Shown piece after piece: positions 34,920 to 45,298 of a DNA stretch of 64,000 nt. The notes under the pieces are model-generated. The model made no database searches, had not been told where the DNA came from, and saw only the letters and a program-made list of their open reading frames with translations. The stretch lies in assembly GCA_026986775.1 (NCBI GenBank), contig JALSNX010000028.1, positions 7,609 through 71,608 on the forward strand. The letters are read 5' to 3'. Positions within the stretch are counted from its first letter, which is position 1; every line of letters begins with the position of its first letter. Origin of the DNA: a candidate division WOR-3 bacterium. Its GTDB lineage: Bacteria > Hydrothermota > Hydrothermia > UBA1063 > CAJXJZ01. The translations under genes were made by a program, and so were the position numbers.

Positions 34920-37166
34920 TTAAAACTGAGTGCCGAACTGAATATGGGGAACCCACTTGCCTCCATTGTTATTAAACCCATAGGCAAGGTCAAATCCAAC
35001 AATGCCCAGCATGGGCATTTCCATTCTTATTCCAATACCTGCACCTTTTTTTAGAACAAAAGGACGCATGTAAGATGAGTTTTTCCATGCATTTCCGGCA
35101 TCAAAAAACAAAAGTCCATAGGTACTTTCACTGAATCTATACCTCAATTCCATTGTACCAATCAGAAAAACCCGTCCACCTACGTTCACACCATTTTCAT
35201 GGGGGCCAACACTTCTGAGCTCATATCCTCGCAATCCAAACGCTCCAACATCTCCAAGGAAAAACCTTTCATTGAATGGCACGTCTTCAGCCGCATAAAG
35301 TCCAACCACACTGCCTGTAAATCCACGCAGAGCAAGTATTATTTTCCTCCTGTAGTTAAAGAGCTGTGACCTTTCAACAGTAAGCTTTCCAAAATTGGCA
35401 TCCCCCATGAGTGGACCGCCTGCAAGTTTGGTTGTTACAACAGTTCTTTCTCCATTCATTGCATTAAAAGACCTGTCCCGTGTATCTCTTGTGAATGTCA
35501 GTGTAATGGCAGAGGTTAGAACAGGCTTTTCCTGTGTCCACTCCTCAAATTCGGGCAATGATTTTAACTCGTCAGGAATATCCTTGAGAGTAACCCTTTC
35601 AAGGGTGTAGCCATAACCAAGATAATTGAAGTCACTTATGATTCTCTGACGATACCCCAGAGAGAACCCTTCCTTTTGTTCAGTATAGGAAGGTAAATAT
35701 CTCGTTGTATAATACACTGCTCCAGAGAAAGACCGTCTCTTTCCTCCAATCCACGGAATCGTGTAATTCAGAGATACATTTCGTCTCTGAGCGCCATATT
35801 CAACAATACCACCTACAGTCTGGCCTCTTCCAAGGAAATTTGGCTCCTGAATCTGAAAATAAAAAGATAATCCATCTATTTCAGAATATGTTGCTCCAAG
35901 TCCAAGCTGGCCTGTTGATTTTTCCTCCACTTTGAATGTCACGTCTATTTGAGAAGAATCTGACGTCTCTGAAAAATCCATTGAGACATTACTGAAATAA
36001 TTGAGGTAATAGAGGTTCCGCTGAGACCTTATGGCCATCTTTCTTGAAAAATACTCACCGGGGAAAAGATACAGCTCTCTTCTTATAACTTCATCAAAGG
36101 TCTTTGTATTACCTTTGATATTGACTTTCCTGACTCTGACCCTAACCCCCTCATTGATATAAACGATGAAATCAACCGTATCGCCCCGTACACTATCACG
36201 CGGATATACAGTTGCATAGATATACCCGGAATCAGCATAAAGTGACTGAATATTCTCAAGACTCTTTTCTAATTTCTTCTGAGAATATACCGCTTTTGGC
36301 CGTAGAACCCATAAGAGGTTCAAAAGTCTGCTCTTAAACAATTTGTTACCTTCAAATCTCACCTTACCGGCATAATACTTCTTTCCCTCTGTAATATATA
36401 TCCTTATATAGATGTCCTTTCCTTTTCTATCCACCTTAAACGAATCAACACGGGCATTCATATATCCACGATTTCTATAATACTCCTCTATTTTCTTCAT
36501 ATCATTCTGAAGTTCTTCTCTTTTAAGTTTGCCCGACCTCAAAAAGCCACGTGGCTTATTCTTCATCTTTGCAATCAGCTTTTTATCTTTAAATACGGTG
36601 TTACCAAAGATTTCAACCTTTTTTATGCGCGCTTTAGGACCTTCGTTAATCTCAAAAACCACATCCGTGAGACATCCTTTTCTGTTTCTATAAGAATAAC
36701 TTATCTCTGCATAGGGATAGCCTTTCTCTGTATAAATATCTTTTATGTACGCTACTGTTTCTTCAAGAAGAGCATCGGAAACTGGGTCACCCCTGTGAAG
36801 GGGAAAACGCTTTATAACCTTTTCCTCTGTATTTTCACCAGTGCCAACCTCTTTAGTACGGTCTTTTGTAAGTTCCGAAGTTTTGACCTTCCTGTTGCCC
36901 TTGAATATGATACTATCCACTCTGGGATTCTCAGTAATATATAGATAGATATCAAGGGAGTCTCCATTTCTTACCGCTCTCACTCTCACCTGCTCTGCAA
37001 AGTTATGCTTTATAAGGTCTTTTATCGCTTTATCAATTTCCGGATAGGATATATCAACGTCCTCTCTTAGTCCTGTAAATGTACGGTAAAAATCGGTGCG
37101 GTTGCACATTGCACCTGAAAAACTCACGGTTCTTATTACGAAGGAAACAAGAAAGGCTATCAACAT
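34920..37166 (-). CDS. bamA: outer membrane protein assembly factor BamA (POTRA repeats + Omp85 barrel)
   Basis: 748 aa; repeated POTRA-like units (..I.FKGN.KV....L..), C-terminal barrel ending ...HIQFGTQF. Confidence 0.9.
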   Translation of the reverse strand: MLIAFLVSFVIRTVSFSGAMCNRTDFYRTFTGLREDVDISYPEIDKAIKDLIKHNFAEQVRVRAVRNGDSLDIYLYITENPRVDSIIFKGNRKVKTSELTKDRTKEVGTGENTEEKVIKRFPLHRGDPVSDALLEETVAYIKDIYTEKGYPYAEISYSYRNRKGCLTDVVFEINEGPKARIKKVEIFGNTVFKDKKLIAKMKNKPRGFLRSGKLKREELQNDMKKIEEYYRNRGYMNARVDSFKVDRKGKDIYIRIYITEGKKYYAGKVRFEGNKLFKSRLLNLLWVLRPKAVYSQKKLEKSLENIQSLYADSGYIYATVYPRDSVRGDTVDFIVYINEGVRVRVRKVNIKGNTKTFDEVIRRELYLFPGEYFSRKMAIRSQRNLYYLNYFSNVSMDFSETSDSSQIDVTFKVEEKSTGQLGLGATYSEIDGLSFYFQIQEPNFLGRGQTVGGIVEYGAQRRNVSLNYTIPWIGGKRRSFSGAVYYTTRYLPSYTEQKEGFSLGYRQRIISDFNYLGYGYTLERVTLKDIPDELKSLPEFEEWTQEKPVLTSAITLTFTRDTRDRSFNAMNGERTVVTTKLAGGPLMGDANFGKLTVERSQLFNYRRKIILALRGFTGSVVGLYAAEDVPFNERFFLGDVGAFGLRGYELRSVGPHENGVNVGGRVFLIGTMELRYRFSESTYGLLFFDAGNAWKNSSYMRPFVLKKGAGIGIRMEMPMLGIVGFDLAYGFNNNGGKWVPHIQFGTQF

Positions 37167-37172
37167 AACTAT

Positions 37173-39611
37173 TTATTCCCTGTGAAGCGTCTCTATCTTT
37201 CTTTCAGGTTCAAACACTATGGCATCACCTTTAACTTTTGCCACAACGTTGCTACCCTCTTTTATCTTGCCCCTCAATATAGCTTCTGAAAGCGGTTCTT
37301 CAATATACTTCCTTATTACTCTTCTGAGCGGTCTTGCACCATACTCTTCATCATAACCCTTTTCTACAAGAAAATCCCTAACCTCATCAGTTAAATCAAA
37401 CCCAATCTTCCTATCTTTGAGTCTTCTCCTCAAATCATTAAGAAGGATGTCAATTATTTTCTTCAAGGATTCTCTGGAAAGTGATCTGAATATTATAACC
37501 TCATCAATTCTATTTAAAAACTCAGGTGGAGCAGTCTTCTTAAGTTCGGAAAGCAAATAGTCCCTTGTAAACCTGTCTTTAACTTCAAGTTTCTGTTCCT
37601 TAAAGCCAAGTTGCGTTTGCCTTCTTAAAAATTTCGTGCCAATATTGGAGGTAAATATGATTACAGTATTTCTAAAACTTACCTTTCTACCGTAGTTATC
37701 CGTTAAAACACCCTCTTCAAGCACCTGCAGAAGTAAATGAAACACATCAGGATGGGCTTTTTCTATTTCATCAAATAGTACCACTGAATATGGCTTCCTC
37801 CTGACTTTTTCAGTAAGCTGTCCGCCCTCATCATATCCAACATACCCCGGAGGTGCACCTATCAGCTTTGACACATTGAATTTTTCCATGTATTCCGACA
37901 TATCAACCTCAATAAGAGCATCTCTATCTCCGAATAAAAACTCAGCAAGCGCCTTGGCTGTTTCGGTTTTTCCAACCCCCGTGGGACCGAGGAAAATAAA
38001 TGAACCTATGGGACGTCTCGGGTCCTTTATTCCCGCTCTTGCTCTTCTTATGGCACGAGCAAGGGCGTTAATTGCCTCATCCTGTCCCACAACACGCTTT
38101 TTAAGCTCTTCTTCCATGTGAAGGAGTCTTTCCTGCTCGGTCTGGGAGAGCCTGCTCACAGGAATACCGGTCCACAGAGATATGATTTCTGCTATATGCT
38201 CTCTCTTAACAACAGGTGCCTTTCCCTCTCTATGGAGCTTTCTCTTTCTCTCTGCAATGAGTACCTTAAGCTCTTTTTCTCTATCTCTGTAATGCGCTGC
38301 TAATTCATACTCCTGATTCTTAACCGCTCTTTCTTTATATCTCCTTACTGTTTCAAGCTCCTTTTTCCACTCTTCAAGTTTTTCATCTGACGCTACAGAA
38401 CTTAACTTCAACTTTGCACCGGCTTCATCAAGAACATCTATTGCTTTATCAGGCAGGAATCTACCCACAATGTATCTGTCAGATAAGCGTGCAGCAGCCT
38501 CAATGGCTTCATCAGAATACACTACCCCATGAAACTGCTCGTATTTTTCTTTAAGACCTCTGAGTATTTCAATGGTTTCCTCAACTGTAGGTGGGTCAAC
38601 AATTATCGGCTGGAATCTTCTCTCAAGTGCCCCATCCTTTTCAATGTATTTTCTGTAATCCTCAAGGGTAGTGGCGCCAATTACCTGAAGAAGACCTCTT
38701 GCGAGAGCAGGTTTAAGTATATTGGATGCGTCAAGTGCACCCTCAGCTGCTCCAGCGCCTGATAGGGTATGAATCTCATCAATGAAAAGAATAACCTCTT
38801 TAGCCTGTGTGGCTTCATTAACAATAGCCTTCAGTCTTTCCTCAAACTGCCCTCTGTACTTTGTCCCTGCCACCACTGCAGCAAGATCAAGTGCAAGAAT
38901 TCTCTTGTCCAGCAAAGCATCTGGCACTTCACCCCTCGCAATCTTTTGGGCAATACCTTCCACAATTGCCGTTTTCCCAACACCCGGTTCGCCAATTAAA
39001 ACAGGATTGTTCTTCTTTCTTCTTGCAAGTATCTGTAAAACACGCTCTATTTCCTTCTCTCTGCCTATCACAGGGTCAAGTTTTCCTTCTCTTGCAAGGT
39101 GAGTAAGGTCAAGGGAGAATGCCTCAAGATTCTTGAGCTTTCTGGGCTTCTCCCGTTGAGAACCGTCAGCAAAATCCTCACTGCTTATAAGCTGCTCCAT
39201 CACACTCTCGTAACTTATGTCAAAGCCTGAGAGTATTCTGCTGGTAAATGTATCCTTTTCTCTCAATATTCCAAGAAGTATGTGCTCCGTGCCTATGTAG
39301 CTTTTCCCCAATTTCCTTGCTTCCTCCTCTGCGTTTGTAATTGCCTTTGCCGCCTCCTTGTTGAGAGGTAGAGGGTCTTGCAACGCAAGAGGTGGAAACA
39401 CGTGAGTGGATGAAAGTTCTTTCTGTACCAGCTTCCTTACCTTTTCAAGCGTGACATTGTGAGAGGTCAGGATGCTGTAAGCAATCCCATCTTCAACCCG
39501 TAGTAAGCCCAGAAGTAGATGCTCTGTCCCAACATACGTATGAAGCAGTTTTTCTGCTTCTTTTCTTGCAAAATCTATAGCCTTTCTGGCTCCCTGAGTA
39601 AACCTATCCAT
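37173..39611 (-). CDS. clpC: ATP-dependent Clp protease ATP-binding subunit ClpC-type
   Basis: 812 aa; double Clp_N repeat, AAA+ modules GEPGVGKTA and GPTGVGKTE, UVR-like motif EYELAAHYRDREKEL; short middle domain fits ClpC rather than ClpB. Confidence 0.92.
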   Translation of the reverse strand: MDRFTQGARKAIDFARKEAEKLLHTYVGTEHLLLGLLRVEDGIAYSILTSHNVTLEKVRKLVQKELSSTHVFPPLALQDPLPLNKEAAKAITNAEEEARKLGKSYIGTEHILLGILREKDTFTSRILSGFDISYESVMEQLISSEDFADGSQREKPRKLKNLEAFSLDLTHLAREGKLDPVIGREKEIERVLQILARRKKNNPVLIGEPGVGKTAIVEGIAQKIARGEVPDALLDKRILALDLAAVVAGTKYRGQFEERLKAIVNEATQAKEVILFIDEIHTLSGAGAAEGALDASNILKPALARGLLQVIGATTLEDYRKYIEKDGALERRFQPIIVDPPTVEETIEILRGLKEKYEQFHGVVYSDEAIEAAARLSDRYIVGRFLPDKAIDVLDEAGAKLKLSSVASDEKLEEWKKELETVRRYKERAVKNQEYELAAHYRDREKELKVLIAERKRKLHREGKAPVVKREHIAEIISLWTGIPVSRLSQTEQERLLHMEEELKKRVVGQDEAINALARAIRRARAGIKDPRRPIGSFIFLGPTGVGKTETAKALAEFLFGDRDALIEVDMSEYMEKFNVSKLIGAPPGYVGYDEGGQLTEKVRRKPYSVVLFDEIEKAHPDVFHLLLQVLEEGVLTDNYGRKVSFRNTVIIFTSNIGTKFLRRQTQLGFKEQKLEVKDRFTRDYLLSELKKTAPPEFLNRIDEVIIFRSLSRESLKKIIDILLNDLRRRLKDRKIGFDLTDEVRDFLVEKGYDEEYGARPLRRVIRKYIEEPLSEAILRGKIKEGSNVVAKVKGDAIVFEPERKIETLHRE

Positions 39612-39612
39612 A

Positions 39613-40329
39613 CTATCCCTTCTTAACCTCCATTAAATTTTTCAATACTTTCATTTCTTCATCAATATCTCCCGGAGTTCCAAGGTTAAACTCTGGAAAC
39701 TCCTCTTTAATCTTCTTCAAAATGACATATGCTTCCTCATACTTCTTCTCAGACTCTTTAAGCTTTGCTGCCCTGTAAAGATAATAAGCCTTTAATGTTT
39801 TAAGTGGGGCCTTCTTAGATGCCTCAACAAGATATGTATATCCTTTTTCCAGGTCTCCTTTTGCTATACTTATGCTTCCGAGGTATGCAAGACTTGATGC
39901 CTGAAGAAGTGGGTCTTTCACTCCACGTGAAAGGAAACTATTGAAATACTGCTCTGCACTATCAAGATTGTTCATCTTAAAATAATAAAGTCCTGTATAG
40001 TACAGTGCCCTCTTGGCCGAAACTGTGCCGTTGTATCTGGTAGTTATTTCATTCAAAAGCCTCAATACCTGAGTGGAATTTGTATCCTGAGGTGAGACAC
40101 TGCTCAGGCTGCTCATCACCTGAATTAACATGAGCTGAGCCTGAGAATTGTACCTTGGCTTTGTTGAATAATAATAGACACCCAGAAGAACGAGTATCAG
40201 TAAGACTATACCGCCTATTTTCTTCTGCCTGTCAGTTGGTCTGAAATGCAATATGTCATTAAAAAACTTCTCTATCGCCTCAGCAACCGGATCATGTCTT
40301 AATTCTTCCTTTGTAAGCTTTTTACTCAT
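39613..40329 (-). CDS. membrane-anchored TPR-like protein (YfgM-like)
   Basis: 238 aa; cytoplasmic N-tail, one TM (IGGIVLLILVLLGVYYY), TPR-like periplasmic helices. Confidence 0.5.
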   Translation of the reverse strand: MSKKLTKEELRHDPVAEAIEKFFNDILHFRPTDRQKKIGGIVLLILVLLGVYYYSTKPRYNSQAQLMLIQVMSSLSSVSPQDTNSTQVLRLLNEITTRYNGTVSAKRALYYTGLYYFKMNNLDSAEQYFNSFLSRGVKDPLLQASSLAYLGSISIAKGDLEKGYTYLVEASKKAPLKTLKAYYLYRAAKLKESEKKYEEAYVILKKIKEEFPEFNLGTPGDIDEEMKVLKNLMEVKKG

Positions 40330-40371
40330 GCCTCTTAACCTCCTATTTTATACACATTTTTAAACGAATTG

Positions 40372-41637
40372 TCAATGTTTTCTTTTACGTTTAAGCTCGA
40401 GATTGATTATTTTTGCTGCTCTTTTGAGAGCTTTATCTACAGGCAACACACCTCTAAGGGCATATTCAAGTCCTTCTGTTGAAAGATACCGTCTTCCTGT
40501 AAACCATGCAGGATTATTTGGCTCAAAATCACAGTAGGCCACCTGTTTCATGGCTTCCTCCATTCCGGGCACTTCTTCAAAGAATTTTTTCATCTCAGGT
40601 TGCTCAAAAGCACTCTTTGTCAGGGGAAGGTATCCTGTATGAACTGACCAGTAAGCTTGATTTTCCGGCCTCAAAAAATACTTTATGAACTCTATGGCAT
40701 TTCTTCTCTGCCAGTCCGGAACATCTCTATAAAGCGTTACATTTGTGCCTGATACAATAACTGTACTGTCTTTGGTTACTGCATCCATGGGAATCCTTGC
40801 AACACCAAGGTCAAAGTCTATCTTATCTTTCATAAAGCTGTAAGACACTATTGTACCCCATACCATGGCCACCTTTCCAGCAGCAAAATCATCCTGATGC
40901 TTATATCCTGTCGTTATGTAGGCACAGCTGTCCTTATACACAAGGTCATAGAGAAACTGCAAAGCCTCTACACCGGCTTTTGAATCAAAAACAGCTGAAT
41001 CATTAACTATGAGCCGACCACCCTTCTGGTAAAGCAACGTTGCAAACATCCAGACATCTATTACAAAAGCAGTACCATAGATGTCAGGTTTTCCATCTCC
41101 ATCTTTATCAATAGTAAGTTTCTTTGCTACTTCTCTGAATTCCTGCCATGTTCTTGGAAAAGAATCTATTCCGTATTCCCTGAAAAGGTCTTTGTTATAG
41201 TAATAAACAGGCACGCTTTTATTAAAAGGGAATGTAACAAGTTTACCATTCCATGTATTGTCCTTTATTAAAGGTGGAAATATATCTTCCAGCAAACTAT
41301 CTGGTATCATGTCCTTATACTCTTCCACTGGCACTATTTTCCCGGCATCCATTAATTCAGATGTCCACGACTCATATACCTGTGAAAATGTGGGGGGTCT
41401 TGAAGAGGCCACAGCCCCCATAATTTTTTGGGATAAAGTTGAATAATTACCAAGGTTAACCTGAACTATTTTCAAAGAATCCGGCACCTGTGCGTTATAG
41501 TTATTAACTATATTCAAAAGCGCCTCCCCGAGGGGACCTCCCATAGCATGCCAGAATACAGTCCTATTTGTATTTTTTGAAACGCAGCCAGCAAACAGCA
41601 GAATAACAAGAAGGATACTACTTCTTGCTTTTTTCAT
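40372..41637 (-). CDS. ABC transporter extracellular solute-binding lipoprotein (family 1, carbohydrate-type); no cognate permease or ATPase adjacent
   Basis: Lipobox LLFAGC. I prefer ATG 41637 (SD GAGGAG upstream) over the track start 41664. Typical SBP_bac_1-like length and pattern. Confidence 0.8.
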   Translation of the reverse strand: MKKARSSILLVILLFAGCVSKNTNRTVFWHAMGGPLGEALLNIVNNYNAQVPDSLKIVQVNLGNYSTLSQKIMGAVASSRPPTFSQVYESWTSELMDAGKIVPVEEYKDMIPDSLLEDIFPPLIKDNTWNGKLVTFPFNKSVPVYYYNKDLFREYGIDSFPRTWQEFREVAKKLTIDKDGDGKPDIYGTAFVIDVWMFATLLYQKGGRLIVNDSAVFDSKAGVEALQFLYDLVYKDSCAYITTGYKHQDDFAAGKVAMVWGTIVSYSFMKDKIDFDLGVARIPMDAVTKDSTVIVSGTNVTLYRDVPDWQRRNAIEFIKYFLRPENQAYWSVHTGYLPLTKSAFEQPEMKKFFEEVPGMEEAMKQVAYCDFEPNNPAWFTGRRYLSTEGLEYALRGVLPVDKALKRAAKIINLELKRKRKH

Positions 41638-42715
41638 TCCTTTTCTCCTCTTTTTTAGGTCCAAGAGGCATTGAATAAGTTAAGGCATATCTTAGATTAG
41701 CACCATTATTATTGAAACTATATATTTTACTGTCATCTGAAACATCAAGTCTGAAATTGCCAATATGGAACCCTACGCCATAGGTTATTCCTTTCCTTGC
41801 ACCTTCTTCGTCCCAAAAATACCCAAATCTAAAACTCAAAAGGTTATAAAAGGTGTATTCCAGTCCACCATGTTTCCATGCCTCGTTTAACACATATCCA
41901 AAACCCTTGTCTTCATAATCCTTAGAGATACCGACCAGTATTTTGTTTATATCCATAGATACTGTAAAACTGTGATAGGGCATACTCATTTTCAAAGCCA
42001 AACCATTTCTCATAAGATAAGGCAATGGGTCTTTTTCATCTGCTGACGATGAATACTTTATTCCCGGGCCGAAATTATCCAGTTGCAGGCCATAGGTGAC
42101 TTTCATTTTAAACCAGCTGGTTTTTGAATGAATCCACTCTTTCTCAAGAACTGTATAAAGCAGAGAGCCTCCAATTGCAAAAGATGCTCCCTTTCCACCA
42201 CCCTCTATGCCAGTGGCTTTTCGCAGAATTTCTGCCGGAGCAAGGAAGGAATAGATAAACTTGATATTAGTTCCCACACTGAGGCGTTTATTTACATCGT
42301 ACGCGTATGCGAGATTTGCAGCCACATCATAGGGGCGCCATTCTCCGTAGTACTCTCCATCAGGCCCATGCCCCTCAAACAATCCATAAGTGGCATATGT
42401 GATAGAAAGTCCTAAAGCTCCCACAGGAAGTGGTCTGGTCAAACCAATAAATTCATAATACATGTCAGGTGCAAGCCCCCTGAGCCATGGGGAATGCATT
42501 AACGTGATTTCAAAGTCTTTTTTAAATGCAATGGCAGAAGGATTATAGTATAGTGCGGTTGCATCATCCGCCACAGCGCAAAAAGCACCACCTAAAGAAG
42601 TGGCTTTGGCTCCGGGATATATTAACAAAAACACTGCACCTGCCTCAAAAGCAGACGCCTGAAGCAGTGTAACAAGGAATAATACTCCCATTATTTTTTT
42701 CACAAATCTATTCAT
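41618..42715 (-). CDS. outer-membrane beta-barrel, PorV / FadL / UPF0164-like
   Basis: 365 aa; signal peptide; N-terminal motif AVFLLIYPGAKATSLGGAFCAVADDATALYYNPSAIAF resembles (from memory) the PorV-family signature; alternating beta-strand pattern throughout. Confidence 0.5.
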   Translation of the reverse strand: MNRFVKKIMGVLFLVTLLQASAFEAGAVFLLIYPGAKATSLGGAFCAVADDATALYYNPSAIAFKKDFEITLMHSPWLRGLAPDMYYEFIGLTRPLPVGALGLSITYATYGLFEGHGPDGEYYGEWRPYDVAANLAYAYDVNKRLSVGTNIKFIYSFLAPAEILRKATGIEGGGKGASFAIGGSLLYTVLEKEWIHSKTSWFKMKVTYGLQLDNFGPGIKYSSSADEKDPLPYLMRNGLALKMSMPYHSFTVSMDINKILVGISKDYEDKGFGYVLNEAWKHGGLEYTFYNLLSFRFGYFWDEEGARKGITYGVGFHIGNFRLDVSDDSKIYSFNNNGANLRYALTYSMPLGPKKEEKRNEKSKK

Positions 42716-42865
42716 TATATCAACCCCCTTAATTGATACTGTAATAAGTAAAGTCTAACGGATAACTTACAGATGTTCAAATAAAAAGCCCTTATAAATT
42801 AAATGTATACCAAAGGATTTTCTATATTCCATCATTGATGAATTCAAGCTTTTAATCACTTTCCA

Positions 42866-45283
42866 TCACATCCTTCGGGCCCTTCTTAATTTTTCTTCAA
42901 GTTCTTCTATTGTGTCCACTAAAAGCTTTCTGGGTTTTGAACCATCAGGCGGACCGACAATTTCAAGCTGCTCAAGCTGGTCTATTATCCTTGCAGCCCG
43001 TGCAAATCCAATCTTCAGTTTCCTCTGAAGAAGAGTTGCAGATGCTTTTCCATCATAGTAAACTGTTTTAGCCGCGTCCTCAAGCATATCATCAAACTCG
43101 CCTTCCACCTCCTCCACAATATTTTCAGAGGATGAAATCTCCATAGGCAACTGCAGCATTTCCTCTATTGGCGTATAGTAACCTTCACGAATCTCCCTTA
43201 TAATATTCATGGCTTCATTATATTCTGTGCCAATTTCAGCTTCAATATACTCAGCCACCCTCACTGCAAGCTCCTCAAGCCCCGGCTCGTCAAGTCTTAC
43301 AAATGGCATCACAAGACCGTTATCAACTACCCAGTTCGCTATAGAAGAGGCCCTGTTTCCAAAGTACTCAGAAAGTTTAACAGTAAGATATCTTTTACTT
43401 AACGTTCTCGCTATCTTCTGGGTTTCCTCCTCCGAGATAAATGGACCATGAAGTCTTACCGGTGTAGAAGAACCGGGTGGTATAAAGAGCATATCTCCTT
43501 TTCCAAGAAGTTTCTCAGCACCTATTTCATCAAGAATGGTTCTTGAGTCTATTCTTGATGCCACCTTAAAGGCAATTCTCACAGGGAAATTTGCCTTAAT
43601 TGTGCCGGTTATTACATCAACAGAAGGCCTCTGGGTTGCAACAACTAAATGTATTCCTACAGCCCTCGCCATCTGAGCAAGCCTTGCAAGAGGCTCCTCT
43701 ATTTGCTTGCCAAGCGTGAGCATCAAATCAGCAAACTCGTCAATTATAATAACAATATAAGGTAATGTGGGTTCACCCTTTGCTTTTGCTTTCCTGTTAT
43801 GGCTTTCTATGTCTTTTACTCCATCCCTTGCAAAATGTCTGTATCTATAATCCATCCAGTCAACAGCACGTTTTAATACTTCACCTGCTATTTTCCTATC
43901 CTTAACAACAGGCAGGAGCAGGTGAGGAATGCCATCGTAAAAGGAAAGCTCAATTCTCTTTGGGTCAATCATAAGAAAGCGAACATCGTCAGGTGACGCG
44001 CGAAAGAGAATGCTTGTGATAATTGTATTTATGGACACAGACTTACCACTTCCTGTAGCACCTGCAATGAGAAGATGTGGCATCTTTGACAAATCTGCAT
44101 AAAAAGCATATCCTGCTGTATCAACTCCGAGTGCAAAGGCCAATCTGGATTTTAATTTTTTAAATTCATCCGTGGAAACCAATTCCGAAAGATAGACAGT
44201 TCTCCTTCTTCTATTGGGAACCTCTATGCCTATCAGTCCTTTTCCGGGAAGAGGCGCTACTATCCTTATCTTTTCCACCTTCATTCTGAGAGCAAGATCA
44301 TCAGAAAGGGCTACAACCCTTGATAATTTTATACCTGGTGCCGGCTCAAATTCATATCTTGTAACAACGGGACCCGGATAATAATCCACCACCCTGCCTC
44401 TCACTTTAAACTCTGCAAGCTTTTCCTCTATGAGCCTCGCTTTCTCCTCAAGTTCCTTTCTGTCAACCTCTGTATCAAGAAGAGGAGGCCTGTTCAATAG
44501 ACCAAGAAGCGCCTCATGCGATACCTCAAAGCCCGGCGGTGGCAAGTTCCTGTCCTTTTCCTCTTCTTCACTCTTTTCTTTTTCCCTTTCTTTTATCTCA
44601 CTCTGAGGTTCTACATTTTCACGGAGAGAACTATTCTTCTTCTGGAAGGTTTTTCTTTCCCTCTTTCTCCTGTTCTCGGGAACTGGTGTTATATCATACT
44701 GGAATCCATCTTCACCTGCATGTTCATGAGAATCCATGCTACTCTGGACGGGATTTTCTTTCTTCCTCTTAAAAATGTCTATAAGTATATCATGAAAGCC
44801 GGGATACAATGACAGGGCTGCAAATATCACAGAAAAAGTATAGAGCCCACCTGTGCCGAACCATCTTATCAAAAAATTGGCAAGCTCGTGGGATATGTTT
44901 CCCTTTGAAGTTTCAGGAAAAAAGAGACTTATAAAGAAGATGAACATAAAAAGTGAACCAAGTTTAAATAGCCAGTTCTTTCTTATTTTCCAGAATAGCA
45001 TTGAAGAGAGTACAAGGATAAAGGAAACCACAAAAAAGTATGTGAGCACAGGTCCAAGTGAAACAAGAAGAAGTTTTGCCACCCTGTATCCTATAACCCC
45101 CCCCAAATTCATTTCCGGTTGTGAGGTGGAAAAGGTTAAAAGTGAGAGAAATGTTATCATAAAAACTCCAAGTGAGAACCCCACCCCTAACTTAAAGAAG
45201 AACCTCTGGTTCTCAATCTCAGAGAGATAACCTAAAAGTATAAGAAGCAAAACTGAAAATAGGAATAGAAAAGCACCTATCAT
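42866..45283 (-). CDS. ftsK: DNA translocase FtsK/SpoIIIE
   Basis: 805 aa; N-terminal TM helices, acidic/basic linker, motor with AGATGSGKS and IIIDEFADL, C-terminal gamma winged helix (ATLLQRKLKIGFARAARIIDQLE). Confidence 0.95.
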   Translation of the reverse strand: MIGAFLFLFSVLLLILLGYLSEIENQRFFFKLGVGFSLGVFMITFLSLLTFSTSQPEMNLGGVIGYRVAKLLLVSLGPVLTYFFVVSFILVLSSMLFWKIRKNWLFKLGSLFMFIFFISLFFPETSKGNISHELANFLIRWFGTGGLYTFSVIFAALSLYPGFHDILIDIFKRKKENPVQSSMDSHEHAGEDGFQYDITPVPENRRKRERKTFQKKNSSLRENVEPQSEIKEREKEKSEEEEKDRNLPPPGFEVSHEALLGLLNRPPLLDTEVDRKELEEKARLIEEKLAEFKVRGRVVDYYPGPVVTRYEFEPAPGIKLSRVVALSDDLALRMKVEKIRIVAPLPGKGLIGIEVPNRRRRTVYLSELVSTDEFKKLKSRLAFALGVDTAGYAFYADLSKMPHLLIAGATGSGKSVSINTIITSILFRASPDDVRFLMIDPKRIELSFYDGIPHLLLPVVKDRKIAGEVLKRAVDWMDYRYRHFARDGVKDIESHNRKAKAKGEPTLPYIVIIIDEFADLMLTLGKQIEEPLARLAQMARAVGIHLVVATQRPSVDVITGTIKANFPVRIAFKVASRIDSRTILDEIGAEKLLGKGDMLFIPPGSSTPVRLHGPFISEEETQKIARTLSKRYLTVKLSEYFGNRASSIANWVVDNGLVMPFVRLDEPGLEELAVRVAEYIEAEIGTEYNEAMNIIREIREGYYTPIEEMLQLPMEISSSENIVEEVEGEFDDMLEDAAKTVYYDGKASATLLQRKLKIGFARAARIIDQLEQLEIVGPPDGSKPRKLLVDTIEELEEKLRRARRM

Positions 45284-45298
45284 AAAATTATTTTAACA

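Noticed and set aside
42840-42851. Adjacent EcoRI and HindIII sites (GAATTCAAGCTT) in the ftsK-downstream gap, which could suggest a cloning-vector polylinker
   Set aside because: It is only 12 nt, with no other vector-like sequence or further polylinker sites around it. It is compatible with chance in AT-rich intergenic DNA.
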